DNA from: Eukaryota sp. GEM-RC1
Taxonomy: Eukaryota
Length of the DNA: 64,000 nt
Direction: 5' to 3'
Assembly (NCBI GenBank): GCA_040285855.1
Contig: JAUFOQ010000010.1
Location: forward strand, 186,001-250,000
The notes beneath the pieces were generated by a model, which had not been told where the DNA came from, did not search any database, and saw only the letters and a program-made list of their open reading frames with translations. Positions 61,729 through 64,000 of this stretch are shown here, piece after piece (the first letter of the stretch is position 1; every line of letters starts with the position of its first letter). A program made the position numbers and the translations under genes.

Positions 61729-62768
61729 ATGTCTGACCTTGAAGATCATCCTCTTTTGCTAAAACTCTTCCTCAGGACTTTGAACAGAATGAATCCTTCA
61801 CTGCTCTTCAAAGCATGATCTATGAAGATGGACCTTCCCAAACATGTCTTAATTTTAAAAACAATGCCGATGATTTCCTTAAAAAATATCTTGAGCACAA
61901 AAAGTCAACACTCTTATCAAATGCCATCGTTTGGTATGAAAAAGCCCTTAATGTTGACGGTTTAACTGACGAAGATAACGATACTCGTGTTGCTATCCTT
62001 GCAAACCGTTCTCAGGCTCATTTATACGCAAACAACTATAGAAGTGCTTATACTGATGCCACACGGGTATTATCGTTCAATCCATCACATGTTAAGGCTG
62101 CATTTAGAGGAATGACTGCTGCGTTGGCCTTGCAGAAGCCTCAAGAAGTCTTGAATATTTATGACACTTTCTCAAAGATCGTGTCTAAAGTGCCAGCAAC
62201 CATTGAAGACCTTGTCCAGAAAGCTAGAACTCTTCAAGAAGAGTTACGCCGTAAACAACTACATACAGAGAAACTACAAGCTGAAAAGGACGCAAAGAAA
62301 GCAGCCTTTTCACAACTTTTGACTGCCTTCAACCTATGTATGGGACCTTCACTAGTTGGGATAGCTGATGATTGCACTGAAGGACCTCCGTTATGGATTG
62401 ATTCAGATTCCGGCAATGATTTGTTGTTTGCAAAGGTGTTGTTGTTATATCCCGAGTTCAATACTACTGATTTCCTTCAAGAAGTATCTCTAAGTGCTTG
62501 TGGTGAGGATATTCTGGCTCATATATTAGAAAAACCTTTACCACAAGATTCACAAAACGTTTACACTGTCAAAGATTGCGAGCTTTATTACAGAATGTCT
62601 GATCAGGGCCATTGGGATGGAGAGTGGAAAGAAGTGCCACGAAAAAGGCCATTAATTACAGTAATGTCCAAGAAGAAAAATTCATACATCATTCCAAAAG
62701 TAGTCACATTCTTCGTCATGGTGAGATCAAGTGAGTTTAGACGACGATTTGCATCTAACGAAGCGTGA
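61729..62768 (+). CDS. TTC4: TTC4/Cns1 Hsp70/90 co-chaperone (TPR plus wheel domain), frameshift at the T-run 61754-61757
   Basis: HPL(F)AKTLP..ALQSMIYE N-terminus, TPR motifs ANRSQAH..NYRSA..KAAFRG, and LLLYPEF.TTDF. Confidence 0.85.
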
Positions 62769-62774
62769 GTGTGT

Positions 62775-63025
62775 CTATGATTTGATGATTAGAAGAAATA
62801 AGGTGATGATGTTTACGACGATGAGAGGAACTGAAATGAGAGTAATGTTTACGTACTTTCAACTAGTTTTCTGTAGGAGTAGTAGAGGAGACCTAGGTGT
62901 TTTATTACTGAAGACGGACTTGTTTGAAGTTGATGGTATCCCATAGAGATTCGACGCATAAATCTTTCTTCGTTTGGAATGATCAAAGCGTTTGCTAGGA
63001 AGACAATGAAAAGAAGAATAGACAT
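62775..63025 (-). CDS. IER3IP1: Yos1/IER3IP1 small ER-Golgi membrane protein with a 26-nt intron at 62831-62856; missing from the ORF track
   Basis: Spliced product MSILLFIVFLANALIIPNEERFMRRI..SVIKHLGLL..RKLVE|IPLIVVNIITLFLLIIKS*. The true start may lie further upstream. Confidence 0.8.
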
Positions 63026-64000
63026 CAGCTAATGGCTAAATGAGGTAAGATGCTAGGATAATGATCTTGGTTGGATCACTTGAGGGAGAGAAATTGATGA
63101 AGACGTTCTCAATCTTCAATGTTTGATAAAACAACCAGCTCATCAACGATATGAATCTTAACCAATACAGCGATTAACGGTGCGGTTCCAACAACATCCA
63201 CACTTCTGGTGCATAATTAGTGTCTTAAGTCATTTGGTTTTTTCTCTTCAATGATCTTTTTCCAGTATACATTATGACGAAAACTTGTCATGTACTCATT
63301 CGACCGGTTTGAGTGAATACCTAGTAGTGATGTTTCTTGAACATCACTTTGCGATAAACATTCTTTGTTCGAACAAGGAATGACTACGAACTGCTTTCAA
63401 TCTCCCTTCACTATCGCCGTATTCTCTAGACCTCATAACTTCTCTTTCAAATCGTCAAAGCGTCTCGATCATATCTTTTTTTGACCACTTGAACTTCATG
63501 ATTCTTACTTCTTTTGGAGAATTATTTGAAATATTTGTTTTGGGCTTATAGAATTCCAAGAACTCATCACGTGATACGGCTAAGGTAAATCACTACATTA
63601 CTTTAACAACTAATCAGTAGTTCTAGATATCATTCCTTATTCTCTTAAAGAACTGTTTCCAAGCCTAAGCATAGTGATTCACTTTTTAAACAACTCCTCA
63701 AAAACAAGACAATAAATATTTTAAATATTCTCTTCTGATTGATATCCAAATTTATTAAGTCAATTAACACTACAAATGCGATTTTAAGTGCGGAGAAATA
63801 CACACCACAAGAAAACATCGAACATATATATATTAACACTACTTAAACGTGTAATTTGTAAAAGAACTGTGGTGCTGTTGACTAGGCGTTTTCGCTGTCA
63901 GCTGTTTCATAAATGGTATTTTGATACATATTTGAAATTTTTCCATGTTCTTCGATGAACACTTTCGTTAATTATTGAAAACACGAACATTGTACTTTTA

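Noticed and set aside
61334..61762. Antisense and shadow ORFs over HisRS, gag, integrase and LRR genes
   Set aside because: They overlap well-supported genes on the opposite strand or in another frame and carry no motifs.

Overview
AT-rich eukaryotic DNA, most likely from a compact protist genome. It uses the standard genetic code, has tiny 26-34 nt GT-AG introns and has head-to-head genes 56-67 bp apart. About 1-27.7 kb, plus scattered blocks later, is a dense nested graveyard of mobile elements: many CRE/R2-superfamily non-LTR retrotransposons (RT plus restriction-like endonuclease, several families, inserted into one another), Ty3/Gypsy pol remnants, a complete 1.06 kb gag-only LTR element whose primer-binding position is a perfect palindrome, a DD34E IS630/Tc1 element carrying an intact unknown 346-aa second ORF (with its excision footprint in a duplicated copy), pogo and hAT derivatives/MITEs, and several kb-scale segmental duplications. 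Gene islands hold a ceramidase-like (CREST) protein, proteasome alpha7, RPB6, a SANT/Rrn5-like protein, APC2, a homeobox protein, an MRH-domain receptor, a membralin-like protein, a ~5.5 kb LRR/novel-repeat gene, a papain-family protease, HisRS, TTC4/Cns1 and Yos1/IER3IP1. Many host genes carry 1-nt homopolymer frameshifts, probably consensus errors. All homology calls come from motif recognition by eye; no searches were run.
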